Shown: piece after piece, positions 15,612 to 24,494 of the stretch | Layout of the letters: each line of letters begins with the position of its first letter | Numbering within the stretch: the first letter of the stretch is position 1 | Position numbers and translations under genes: made by a program | Notes under the pieces: model-generated | Seen by the model: the letters and a program-made list of their open reading frames with translations, nothing else | Databases searched by the model: none | What the model was told of the DNA's origin: nothing | Assembly (NCBI GenBank): GCA_945903885.1 | Contig: CAMDPB010000001.1 | Coordinates: forward strand, 1 to 26,227 | Direction: 5' to 3' | Length of the DNA stretch: 26,227 nt | Source of the DNA: Candidatus Finniella inopinata | GTDB taxonomy: Bacteria > Pseudomonadota > Alphaproteobacteria > Paracaedibacterales > CAITNM01

Positions 15612-16681
15612 AATTATATATAGCTTTCTTTTTTTTATTAGTTGGTTGTTCAAGCCCTTATCAAGATTTACACGATAGTTTAGATGAAACCTTAGAAATT
15701 ATTGATTCGCTATACCCAGAAAAACCTTCCCATGAGAAACTCCGTCAGGGAATGTTGCATGGGTTGATTCAGGGGGTAGATGCACATGGAGCTTACTTGA
15801 ACGAGACACAAATAAGAGTCTTGAGAGAAACTGTTGATGGCGGAGAATTAAAATTAGGAATGGTTCTAACTAAGCATAAAGAAGGTCTGCAGGTCAAAAA
15901 AGTTTTTGAAAAATCAGCATCATATGCAGCTGGAATTAAAGTGAATGATATTTTAACGGAGTTTGATGGATCGCCTTTAAAAGGTATTCAGTTGAATGAT
16001 TTCCTAAATTTTATAAAAGAAAAAAAAACTTATAGCATTGCGCTTTTAAGAAACAAGAAAAAACTTGTGAAAGAAATTGTTCCGGGCCACTTCATAGCGC
16101 CAACTGCCGAACTAAAATGGTTTGGAAATGTTGCCTGTTTAAAGTTTGGTTGCGTGAGTAAAGAGGCGGCTGACGAGATACGAGAGTATTTACAAATAAT
16201 AAAATCGAACAAAAAATTATCCGGGCTAATTCTTGATTTGCGTGATTGCCCAGGAGGCAGTTTTGAGGCAGGAATAGGTATAGCCAGTCAATTTTTAGAT
16301 GGACACGTAGTAGTTGAAATGCAAAAAAAAGATGACTTTTCAAAATTTTGCTCTGCTAGTTTCGATATTTTGAATAAACAACCCATGGTTGTGCTGCAAA
16401 ATAAAAACACCTGTTCAGCTGCGGAAATTATTGCGGCAGCACTAAAAGCTCACAAACGTGCAACGCTTATTGGTGAAAACACGGCAGGAGGAGCTACTGC
16501 TAAAGAAGTTGTTTATTTTCCAAACCGTAAGGACGGGCTAATTATTTCAATTGCTTTCCTAAATGATCCTCTTGGAAAAAGGATAGGTCATGAAGGAGTA
16601 GAGCCTGATATGCGCATAGAAGAAATAGTGGCGTCTAAAAATAAAGATTTATACATTGAAAAAGCATTGAGTATTTTGTGA
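15608..16681 (+). CDS. ctpA: S41-family carboxyl-terminal protease with lipoprotein-like signal
   Basis: LVGC lipobox, PDZ segment (SASYAAGIKVNDIL), GLILDLRDCPGG, TCSAAEI, IGHEGVEPD. Confidence 0.9.
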   Translation: MKLYIAFFFLLVGCSSPYQDLHDSLDETLEIIDSLYPEKPSHEKLRQGMLHGLIQGVDAHGAYLNETQIRVLRETVDGGELKLGMVLTKHKEGLQVKKVFEKSASYAAGIKVNDILTEFDGSPLKGIQLNDFLNFIKEKKTYSIALLRNKKKLVKEIVPGHFIAPTAELKWFGNVACLKFGCVSKEAADEIREYLQIIKSNKKLSGLILDLRDCPGGSFEAGIGIASQFLDGHVVVEMQKKDDFSKFCSASFDILNKQPMVVLQNKNTCSAAEIIAAALKAHKRATLIGENTAGGATAKEVVYFPNRKDGLIISIAFLNDPLGKRIGHEGVEPDMRIEEIVASKNKDLYIEKALSIL

Positions 16682-16709
16682 TCCAAATAAAACTTAATAC
16701 AAAATCCAA

Positions 16710-16765
16710 TTGACCTAATGGTGTATATCATTATATTATTAAGATATGCACTATCAAGTGCATAT
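16710..16765 (+). promoter_or_regulatory. Candidate promoter plus palindromic operator upstream of the isonitrile-synthase pair
   Basis: TTGACC (16710-16715), 16 nt, TATATT (16732-16737); perfect IR ATATGCACT-atca-AGTGCATAT (16744-16765). Confidence 0.45.
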
Positions 16766-16886
16766 ACTCTAACCAATCTAAACATAGGGAATTCAATTAT
16801 GAACAACTTCTGGCAATTTTCATGGCGTGACATCGCATTAACAAAATCGAATAAACATTTACGAAAAAGTTTACGAGGAACCTATC

Positions 16887-17918
16887 ATGAAAAACCGTGT
16901 ATGCATAAAAGTTAGTATAATCTGTCTACTAAGTGCTATCCCAGCTCATTCTGAGTCTGTTTTAGGTCTAACATCTGACCAAATTCTAAACATTCTAAAA
17001 CCTTTCCAAATTACTCAAGATATCGATAAAAAAAGCTTAAATCAGCTTTTAAGATCTTCTGAACTTGATTTCCTTGACTATAAATCATTACAAGAAAAAA
17101 TTACTAAATTTTTAAGTCTCAAAAAACCACTGAAATTTCTATTGGTGGGCTTTCCTTTTAAATCAGCAAATACAGAAAAAAAAGTATTAGGCCAAGTGCC
17201 TGATATGGCTGAACGACGCAGTCTTGAATACCTATATGGCTGCATCAAGTCACTTAAAGAAGCTTATCCCCATGGGGTTGAATTAGTCATTTTTTGTGAT
17301 GGCATTCCTTTTTGCGAATACCTTGGGATTTCAGCTGAAACTGTAAAGTTATACGAACAAGGGTTGCAAAAGCTTGTGCAAGATATGCCAGAAATAACGC
17401 TGGTAACTTCTGATTCTTTACAAGAACAGTTGTCGCTCTCATCAACTCAGCATATTTGCGATGTGATCGATAAATACGCACCCAGCGATGAGGATTTTCA
17501 CATGCAGCTTGAAACAGATCCTGCCCTTCAAGATAGTTACAAAACCCTTTTAGGGCGTCTTGAAATTGAATTTGATTCTGTGCAAGGTCGAGAATTCTTA
17601 AAAGCTCATGGTCCTTTGTCAAAGATTACCAAAGCTCTTATGGCACGGGAGATGCGCATGCGTCGTTTCCTTGATGCACAGTTTGATGCTGAGAACTTCA
17701 TTCGCCTAACGGTTCATTATTCCAAGGATTTAGGTAAAAAGTTTGGCATTAAGCTTTCACCCAATTCTTTTGTCACTCCCTACCATGGGGTGCTGGTGGA
17801 AGAGGGGGATGGCAATTGGTTCATTCGTTTCCGAAAAGATATAGATCCTCAAATTTTTGAGGAGGTATCTGAAATGGTGAATGACGTGCAATGCCAGTAC
17901 ATGCGCCTCAAAAAATAA
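16887..17918 (+). CDS. Isonitrile (isocyanide) synthase-family protein, PvcA/IsnA/Dit1 type, with signal peptide
   Basis: GFPFKS, KKVLG..PDMAER, IFCDG, IRLTVH, KKFGI and TPYHGV correspond to PvcA FPAKS, KVL..PDMAER, VCSDG, IRLSIH, KFGI and TPWHGV; GAGGA RBS. Confidence 0.9.
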   Translation: MKNRVCIKVSIICLLSAIPAHSESVLGLTSDQILNILKPFQITQDIDKKSLNQLLRSSELDFLDYKSLQEKITKFLSLKKPLKFLLVGFPFKSANTEKKVLGQVPDMAERRSLEYLYGCIKSLKEAYPHGVELVIFCDGIPFCEYLGISAETVKLYEQGLQKLVQDMPEITLVTSDSLQEQLSLSSTQHICDVIDKYAPSDEDFHMQLETDPALQDSYKTLLGRLEIEFDSVQGREFLKAHGPLSKITKALMAREMRMRRFLDAQFDAENFIRLTVHYSKDLGKKFGIKLSPNSFVTPYHGVLVEEGDGNWFIRFRKDIDPQIFEEVSEMVNDVQCQYMRLKK

Positions 17919-18059
17919 CCTGACGAAAAGAATTTTTTAACACTGCTCTTGGGCAGTGAGGAGAATCTTTGTCTTTTTAACAATTTTAAAAAACAGCATT
18001 TGACTGTTCAGGGCGGCTATTTGCCTTGTTTAAATCAATTTTTTAAAAGGAGAATTATA

Positions 18060-19139
18060 ATGTCTAAAATATTGAAAATTCTAATACTTGCTGTATTGGC
18101 ATTTCCTGTTATGGGTGCTGCAGCGGTAGAGGAATTAGATGTTCCTGCTATATACAAAAGAACTTTACCTAAACTGGAGATTGATGGGCCTGATCTCCCT
18201 CTTATAAGAGCCAACAATATCGTAGACTATTTGCAGCTTCTAGGAGGTGGCATTCCTTTAAATAATGAGGCCCGTGACAGTTACACTGGTTATATAGAGA
18301 GTCATATGAGAACTGGTGACGCTATTCAATTTGTGATTCTAGGGTTTCCGTGTAAATCGACTAATGTGGAGAAAAAGGTTTTAAGCCAAAAATTTGATAT
18401 GGGTGACTACCTTGGGCTTATAAGGCTTGAACACTTAGCAGAGCAGATTCAAGAGTTTGTTGGGGTGCCTTGTGAAGTCCACATTATTAACAAGGAACCG
18501 TACATACCAGAAATGTTTAAGGCTATTGGAGCGGACTTAGGTATGGGTATGGAACTGCTTAATTCTGCTGAATACGAAGCTTCTTTTTTGCAGTTGCTAG
18601 GAACCTGTCCACATTTGCGTTGTGGTGCAGATTTGACCGAGGAATATCTCAAGCAAAAAGCGATGAAAATTTATCATACAGAAGCGGCAAAAGCACAAAT
18701 TGTAGCCGACGCAGAAGGATCAAAACGTTTTTTCACTGGTGAATTGGAATATTCTGTTGTTAATGCTGTGTTAAATGGAAAAGGGAAGGTAAGTAAAAAC
18801 GCTCTTGAAAAAGAACGAAAAAGATTAGGACTGTTAATGTCAGGAGTGTACCAACTAGGGGTAACAGTCTTTAGAGATGTGGTTAGAGCTCATGAATTGT
18901 ATAGTAGTATGCTACGCCTTTCTGTTCATGGAGACGAAACTAAAATTGGTATAAATTTTGCCAGTCAACCTGGTAGAGCGTGTGTGAACACTTGTGTGCC
19001 ATGGCACGCGGCTTTGCTATGCGAAAGATCAGGTGATGGTGTTTCGTTTGATCTTGTGCGTAGTGAAAATAGGCCAGCAGAATCACATGTGACAACCATG
19101 ACTGTAGCTAGTGTTGATTTGTCCTATATTCTAAGATAA
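18060..19139 (+). CDS. Divergent isonitrile synthase-family paralog with signal peptide
   Basis: AAGGAG 7 nt before ATG 18060; leader MSKILKILILAVLAFPVMG-AAA; GFPCKS, KKVL..FDM, LRLSVH, KIGI, VPWH retained. Confidence 0.82.
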   Translation: MSKILKILILAVLAFPVMGAAAVEELDVPAIYKRTLPKLEIDGPDLPLIRANNIVDYLQLLGGGIPLNNEARDSYTGYIESHMRTGDAIQFVILGFPCKSTNVEKKVLSQKFDMGDYLGLIRLEHLAEQIQEFVGVPCEVHIINKEPYIPEMFKAIGADLGMGMELLNSAEYEASFLQLLGTCPHLRCGADLTEEYLKQKAMKIYHTEAAKAQIVADAEGSKRFFTGELEYSVVNAVLNGKGKVSKNALEKERKRLGLLMSGVYQLGVTVFRDVVRAHELYSSMLRLSVHGDETKIGINFASQPGRACVNTCVPWHAALLCERSGDGVSFDLVRSENRPAESHVTTMTVASVDLSYILR

Positions 19140-19147
19140 TCAGCATA

Positions 19148-19172
19148 GGGGAGGGTGATTTTCGCTCTTCCC
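19148..19172. terminator. Hairpin between the convergent isonitrile-synthase paralog and priA
   Basis: ggggagggtga/tcgctcttccc 11-bp stem with 3 G-U pairs; no clear T-tract. Confidence 0.5.
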
Positions 19173-19182
19173 AATCTATCAT

Positions 19183-21129
19183 TCAATGAAATGCCAAAGG
19201 ATCAATATCTACAATTAGTCTTATACTATGTGGTTTGGTAACCTGAGAAAACCAGTGACGAATGAAAGATTGTATAGCAAACCCCTTTGGGTATTTTAAT
19301 AAAAACCGCCAACGAAATTGATTTTTCAACCTGGAGAGCGGCGCAGGAACAGGACCCATGATAAAAATATTATCATGCTTGGGAGCAGTATGCAGGAGCT
19401 TTCTGCAAAAACTCAAAATTTCTATATTATCACGTCCGCTTATTAAGAACGAAGCAAGCCTGCCAAAAGGAGGCATGCCATGCTGTTCTCTGTCCTCTAA
19501 CTCTAGCTCAACAAAGCTTTCTTGGTTCCAGTTGGCCACAGCTTTAATAACTAAATGGTCAGGATCGTAAGTTTGTAAATAAACAGTTCCTGGTTTTTGC
19601 TCTCGACCACATCGTCCTGCAACTTGGTGCAACTGTTGATACGTTCGCTCAGCACAACGCAAGTCTGGCCCATTAAGCCCCATATCTGCATCAACCACGC
19701 CTACTAATGTAATGTTTGGGAAGTGATATCCTTTGCTAAGCATTTGGGTTGCAACAATGATATCAAATTGATTGTTTAGAATTCCATCAACCATTTCTTG
19801 GGTGCGTTTTGGTGTATTTACCAAATCACTAGTCACACTTAAAATCCTAGCGTCAGGCAATAGACTTGCTAAATCTTCGCTTAACCGCTCAACACCAGGG
19901 CCACAAGGGCTTAATGTTGGTTGAGAACATTGAGGGCAAACTTCTGGAATGGGCTGAGTAAAATCACAATAATGGCAGTGAAGTCGTGGCTGATTTTTAT
20001 GCTGAACCAATGCGACATCGCAAGCACTGCAGGTGATTTTAAAACCGCAATCACTACAAATGGTTAAAGGAGCATAACCCCGTCTGTTTAAAAATAATAG
20101 ACTTTGCTCTTGATTGATAATGCGTTTTTGAATCTCTTCAAAAAGAGTAGGGTGTAACCATTGACTAGGGCGCTGCGTTTTTTTTAGGCCTCGCATGGAA
20201 AGAATATTCACGGTTGGCAGCGAAGCATTTCCAAAGCGACTATTAACCTTTAGGTGAGAATATTTTTTCTGATTAATATTGTATATTGTCTCAAGACTGG
20301 GTGTGGCTGAAACTAATACAGCGTGAATATCCTCTTCTTTTGCGCGCAAAATAGCCATATCACGTGCATGATAAATAATAACTTCATCTTGCTTGTATGA
20401 TGGGTCATGCTCTTCATCAACGACTAATAATCCTAGGTTACTAAACGGGAGTAATAAGGCTGATCTTGCACCTAGCATAATGCAAGGTGTGCCTTGATGA
20501 ACTTGGTGCCAAATAACGTTACGTTGTTTAGGGGTAATTTGTGAATGCCATATTAAAGGCTTTTTCCCAAAGCGTTCTTCGAAGCGTTGACGAAACTGTG
20601 CCGTTAAAGCTATTTCAGGCAGAAGAATTAGAGTTTGTTTACCCATTTCATATGCTTTTGCACTAGCCTCCAGATAAATTTCGGTCTTTCCACTTCCGGT
20701 TACTCCATCTAGCAAACTAATGTGAAATTCACCAAGTTTATTTACAATTTCATTTTTAGCCGTGCTTTGCTCAGGAGTAAGATTTGGAGTCTTAAAAATA
20801 TATTCAGCTGGTACAATGGCAGGTGAGATTAGTTCTTTGGGCAGCACATGTTTTATAAGCACACCCAAAGGTGTAAGTGTGTACTCAGCAAATTTTTTTA
20901 AAAAACTGACAAAATGCTCAGGCAATACTAAGGGGTAATAGTTCAATATGTTTTTTAAGCTGTGCTTAAAGTTGGAAGTGCTGGGTTCTAATGACCAAAT
21001 GATCCCAACAGTAACACTATTTTTTAAAGGCACTTCCACGAGTTGTCCTACAAGCGGTGAGACATCAAATGGCCATAAATAGGTAAGGGGTCTGTCTAAT
21101 ATTGAAGGTACTGCAACTTCTACATTCAT
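19183..21129 (-). CDS. priA: Primosomal protein N' (replication restart helicase)
   Basis: LLDGVTGSGKTE, LLPEIALT, VVDEEHD, SATPS, LFLNRRGYA, two CxxC pairs repeated, QLHQVAGRCGR. Confidence 0.97.
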   Translation of the reverse strand: MNVEVAVPSILDRPLTYLWPFDVSPLVGQLVEVPLKNSVTVGIIWSLEPSTSNFKHSLKNILNYYPLVLPEHFVSFLKKFAEYTLTPLGVLIKHVLPKELISPAIVPAEYIFKTPNLTPEQSTAKNEIVNKLGEFHISLLDGVTGSGKTEIYLEASAKAYEMGKQTLILLPEIALTAQFRQRFEERFGKKPLIWHSQITPKQRNVIWHQVHQGTPCIMLGARSALLLPFSNLGLLVVDEEHDPSYKQDEVIIYHARDMAILRAKEEDIHAVLVSATPSLETIYNINQKKYSHLKVNSRFGNASLPTVNILSMRGLKKTQRPSQWLHPTLFEEIQKRIINQEQSLLFLNRRGYAPLTICSDCGFKITCSACDVALVQHKNQPRLHCHYCDFTQPIPEVCPQCSQPTLSPCGPGVERLSEDLASLLPDARILSVTSDLVNTPKRTQEMVDGILNNQFDIIVATQMLSKGYHFPNITLVGVVDADMGLNGPDLRCAERTYQQLHQVAGRCGREQKPGTVYLQTYDPDHLVIKAVANWNQESFVELELEDREQHGMPPFGRLASFLISGRDNIEILSFCRKLLHTAPKHDNIFIMGPVPAPLSRLKNQFRWRFLLKYPKGFAIQSFIRHWFSQVTKPHSIRLIVDIDPLAFH

Positions 21130-21791
21130 GCTGAAAAAAGGTGATGCAGCATGCTAACTGTAATAGGTCTACGTTGCTGTGCTGAAAGCGTATCAATTTT
21201 TTTTGCCCAGTGACAGATTGCTGGAAAATTTCGATCTATCCGACGAGATAAATATTCCAGGATAGAATTATCAACCGCTATTCCTTTGTCTTTCCATATT
21301 TTTTCAAGCACACGCTTTAGAGTTTCATCATCTGGACTATGCATTTCTGCGCTGATGAATGTTGCTAGCCGTGAACGCCAATCAGCAAGGGTTACAGGCC
21401 ACATAGAAGGCGGCTTAGTGGATCCAATAATAAGGAGTTTGTTTTGTTCTTTTACCAAGTTGTAAAGGTGAAACCACCATACGTCATCTTCTACCTTATG
21501 AGCATCATCAAGAATTAAGACTTGCTGTTCTCCATAAACCAAATCCCATAAATTTGTTGTGAGCGCTTGATTTGCAGTGTTGTAAGTTAGATTGTAGTTT
21601 TTAGCTAATCCTTGAAAAAGATGAGTTTTACCGCAGCCAGGTTCACCATATATGCAAATAAATTTATCTTTTGTTGCCCCTTGAAGGGCAGCATGAAAAA
21701 GCTCAAAAGCCATCTGGTTGCAGTTAGCCACAACAAAATCAAACAATTCGTAACTTTGAGCATACCCCAAAGGCAACAATCCTTGCTGCAC
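21126..21791 (-). CDS. hda: DnaA regulatory inactivator Hda/HdaA family
   Basis: Beta-clamp-like QQGLL start, DFVVANCNQMA, GEPGCGKTHL, ILDDAH, WFHLYN, DWRSRL, PDD. Confidence 0.88.
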   Translation of the reverse strand: MQQGLLPLGYAQSYELFDFVVANCNQMAFELFHAALQGATKDKFICIYGEPGCGKTHLFQGLAKNYNLTYNTANQALTTNLWDLVYGEQQVLILDDAHKVEDDVWWFHLYNLVKEQNKLLIIGSTKPPSMWPVTLADWRSRLATFISAEMHSPDDETLKRVLEKIWKDKGIAVDNSILEYLSRRIDRNFPAICHWAKKIDTLSAQQRRPITVSMLHHLFSA

Positions 21792-21795
21792 AAAA

Positions 21796-22974
21796 CTACT
21801 CTTTCATTAATTGAACGCGATAGCGAAGTACAACCTCAGTTTTTGGTGCCACTTTGACTGGCCAATATACGCTTTGAGTGCTTTCTTGCTTGTGCGCCAT
21901 ACTTTCGCGAATTACTTTACCACGATTTTCGCCAAAAGGAAGCATAACTTTAATGTTTGCTTCCTTTTCGCCAAAGTTACGAATGGTTAATCTATAGGCT
22001 GCTTCTATAACTTTTTCAGTAAGCAAGGTCTTAAATTCAGTTTGTTCTAAGTTTCCTTGAATTTGTGTGAGAGGGGAATCTTGACTGGACTTAAGTTGAG
22101 AGAGTAAAAGCGGTGGAATACCTAATTGTATATCATCGCCAGATTTCGTGGCTAGCAAAGCGCTTCTGCCTAGAAATCTTAATGTATTACTGTTGTCACG
22201 AATATATATAGTAATGTCACCACTTGCTAAGTCTTGTGCAAGTTTTTCATCAAGTTTGAAGTGCAGCCAAATTTGTAAGGGAACCTGCCTCTCAACGCCT
22301 TGAAGATCATTGAGGTTTTCTTTTCCAACATCTAGTCGATAGTCTTGCCCAGCTTTTTGTTTACGAAACTCTACCCAAGGAATTCGAATGACACTACCTT
22401 TATGGATGAATTTAGGTGTATCAATAACATATTCATGAAAAATTTGATTTTTTGCTAAGTCATCGGTTTGTGCGTCAACTAAACGAAGTTGGATATTTTC
22501 AAAACTTGTACCTGATTGATTGTCTATGCTGACAAAGCTGTTAAAATTTTGTATTTCGTCAAACTGTTCGTTCACTTCAACAACGTAATGCATATGCCAA
22601 CCAATACCGGAAAAAATATAAGTAATTTCTCCTTGAAAGGGGTGTTTAGAGTTTAAAATCAAATCAACAGCTGTTAATACATCTTTATCTTTAGAAATAA
22701 TGTATTCAGGATTTGCGTTGTCTTCTTGACGAAATAAAACTGATTGAGAATCGATAGACCCCGGAACTGTAAACGAGTATTCTTTTTCTCCGCTAAATTT
22801 AATTGGCAAGGTAGCTACACAACGATCTTTGTAAATAACTAGATTTCCAGTTTTTGTTTCTTTTTTTGATTCTGCATGCTCTTTTTTCTGGTCAGGTGCT
22901 TTTGCGGCCTTCTCTTCTGCATGTCCCAATTGAGAGATCAACATTAAGCAGATAATTACAAAAAGTATTTTCAT
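21796..22974 (-). CDS. Exported DUF4139-like protein
   Basis: Signal MKILFVIICLMLISQLGHA; LVIY start; YIFSGIGWHMHY; IDNQSGTSFENIQLRLV; W.V.V.PKTEVVLRYRV end. Confidence 0.65.
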   Translation of the reverse strand: MKILFVIICLMLISQLGHAEEKAAKAPDQKKEHAESKKETKTGNLVIYKDRCVATLPIKFSGEKEYSFTVPGSIDSQSVLFRQEDNANPEYIISKDKDVLTAVDLILNSKHPFQGEITYIFSGIGWHMHYVVEVNEQFDEIQNFNSFVSIDNQSGTSFENIQLRLVDAQTDDLAKNQIFHEYVIDTPKFIHKGSVIRIPWVEFRKQKAGQDYRLDVGKENLNDLQGVERQVPLQIWLHFKLDEKLAQDLASGDITIYIRDNSNTLRFLGRSALLATKSGDDIQLGIPPLLLSQLKSSQDSPLTQIQGNLEQTEFKTLLTEKVIEAAYRLTIRNFGEKEANIKVMLPFGENRGKVIRESMAHKQESTQSVYWPVKVAPKTEVVLRYRVQLMKE

Positions 22975-24494
22975 AGTTTTAACCTTGTAAGAAGTTCTTC
23001 AGCTTCTTGCTTATCACTAAAGGAGTAGGTTTTATTTCCAACGATCTGACCGGTTTCGTGACCCTTACCTGCTATTAGAAGGGTATCACCTTTTTCAAGA
23101 TGTGCAATAGCATATGCAATAGCTTGCCGTCGATCGGCAATCTCATGCGCTTTTGATGTGCACTCGCTTAATATTTGTTGACGAATGCTGGCGGGATTTT
23201 CTGACCTGGGATTATCATCTGTTACAATTACTGTGTCTGCCAAACTAGAAGCTATTTTGCCCATCAAAGGGCGCTTAATAATATCACGATCACCGCCACA
23301 ACCAAACACAACCCAAATATTATTTTTGGTATGATGTCTTAGCGACTTTAAGGCGCGGTCTAAAGCATCAGGTGAGTGTGCATAGTCAACGTAAACATGC
23401 CCTCCATTTGATGTTTCGCCAATCAATTCCATTCGACCCATAATTGGTTTCAATTTTGGAATAATAGCTATAATTTCAGTTATTGTTGTGCCTGATGCGA
23501 TAAGCATTCCAATTGCGCACAAAGTGTTCTCAACTTGAAAAGTTCCACTAAGATTTAACACAATGTCGTGATAAGTATTACCATTGTACTCTAAGTCAAA
23601 AGCAATATTTGTAGCTTTCACTTTTACTTTTGTGGCCCTTAAATCCGCAGGTGCATTAATTGCATAAGTAATAATCTGTGTGTTGCGTTGTGATGCTAAT
23701 GATTTAAGGCGCTCAAAATAAGGCGAGCTAGCATTCAGAACACCTATTTTTCCAGGCGACATGATTTCTGTAAAAAGTTTTGTTTTTGCTTGGAAATAGT
23801 TTTCCATAGTTTTGTGATAGTCCAGATGGTCTTGAGTAAGATTTGTAAATCCAGCTACTGTAATTTGGCTGCCATGAATACGAAATTGATCTATTCCATG
23901 GCTGGATGCTTCGAATATTACATGATTAATGTTAGCTTCTGACAAATTTTTTAATAAAGAAAAAAAGGACAAACTATCATAGGTAGTAAGAGCCGGGATC
24001 GACGGTAAATTACTTATATGATTTTTCGTTTCCAAACCAACCGTTCCGAATGATGCAGCAGGATATCCTAATAATTCCCATAACTGACGCACTATGCTAA
24101 CAACGGAACTTTTCCCATTTGTTCCAGTTACTGCCATTAGTACATCAGGTTGAATTTTAAAAAATGCTTTTGCTAGCAAACTAAGAGCTAATCGTGGGTT
24201 AGGATACTCTATGAATACTACTTGATCAGCGAATGAGGCGATGACATCTGCAGTCGCTAATACTACACAAGCACCTTTTTGAATCGCCTCTTTTGTATTG
24301 TAAAGCACCTGTGGACAAGGAATCGCAATGAAAAAATCTCCAGGTTGAGTTTTACGAGAATCAGCACACACTTTATTTATTTTAATATTCTTTAAAGCTA
24401 CTAATTTGTAGTCTATTTCTAAAGCTGCACACTTTAGTAAATCAACAAGGACAGCTTGCTCAAGATGGTCCAATTTACTGTTCTCCAGCCTCAT
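22971..24494 (-). CDS. murE: UDP-N-acetylmuramoyl-tripeptide (meso-DAP) ligase
   Basis: DSRK, VTGTNGKSS, EASSHGIDQ, TNLTQDHLDYH, VDYAHSPDAL, FGCGGDRD, DNPR (DAP specificity), AGKGHE. Confidence 0.97.
   Translation of the reverse strand: MRLENSKLDHLEQAVLVDLLKCAALEIDYKLVALKNIKINKVCADSRKTQPGDFFIAIPCPQVLYNTKEAIQKGACVVLATADVIASFADQVVFIEYPNPRLALSLLAKAFFKIQPDVLMAVTGTNGKSSVVSIVRQLWELLGYPAASFGTVGLETKNHISNLPSIPALTTYDSLSFFSLLKNLSEANINHVIFEASSHGIDQFRIHGSQITVAGFTNLTQDHLDYHKTMENYFQAKTKLFTEIMSPGKIGVLNASSPYFERLKSLASQRNTQIITYAINAPADLRATKVKVKATNIAFDLEYNGNTYHDIVLNLSGTFQVENTLCAIGMLIASGTTITEIIAIIPKLKPIMGRMELIGETSNGGHVYVDYAHSPDALDRALKSLRHHTKNNIWVVFGCGGDRDIIKRPLMGKIASSLADTVIVTDDNPRSENPASIRQQILSECTSKAHEIADRRQAIAYAIAHLEKGDTLLIAGKGHETGQIVGNKTYSFSDKQEAEELLTRLKL

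Noticed and set aside
17920-17926. Hammerhead ribozyme core CUGACGA
   Set aside because: No stem II followed by GAAA and no stem III/UH arrangement.
17949-18059. N-terminal extension of the second synthase from TTG 17949
   Set aside because: AAGGAG precedes ATG 18060, which begins a clean signal peptide; the extension lacks family similarity.
2483-21857. Remaining 60-111 aa ORFs in the track that overlap larger genes (e.g. 2483-2809, 7388-7702, 8721-8978, 16718-16915, 17287-17622)
   Set aside because: They lie within or opposite well-supported genes and have no recognisable motifs; treated as chance ORFs.
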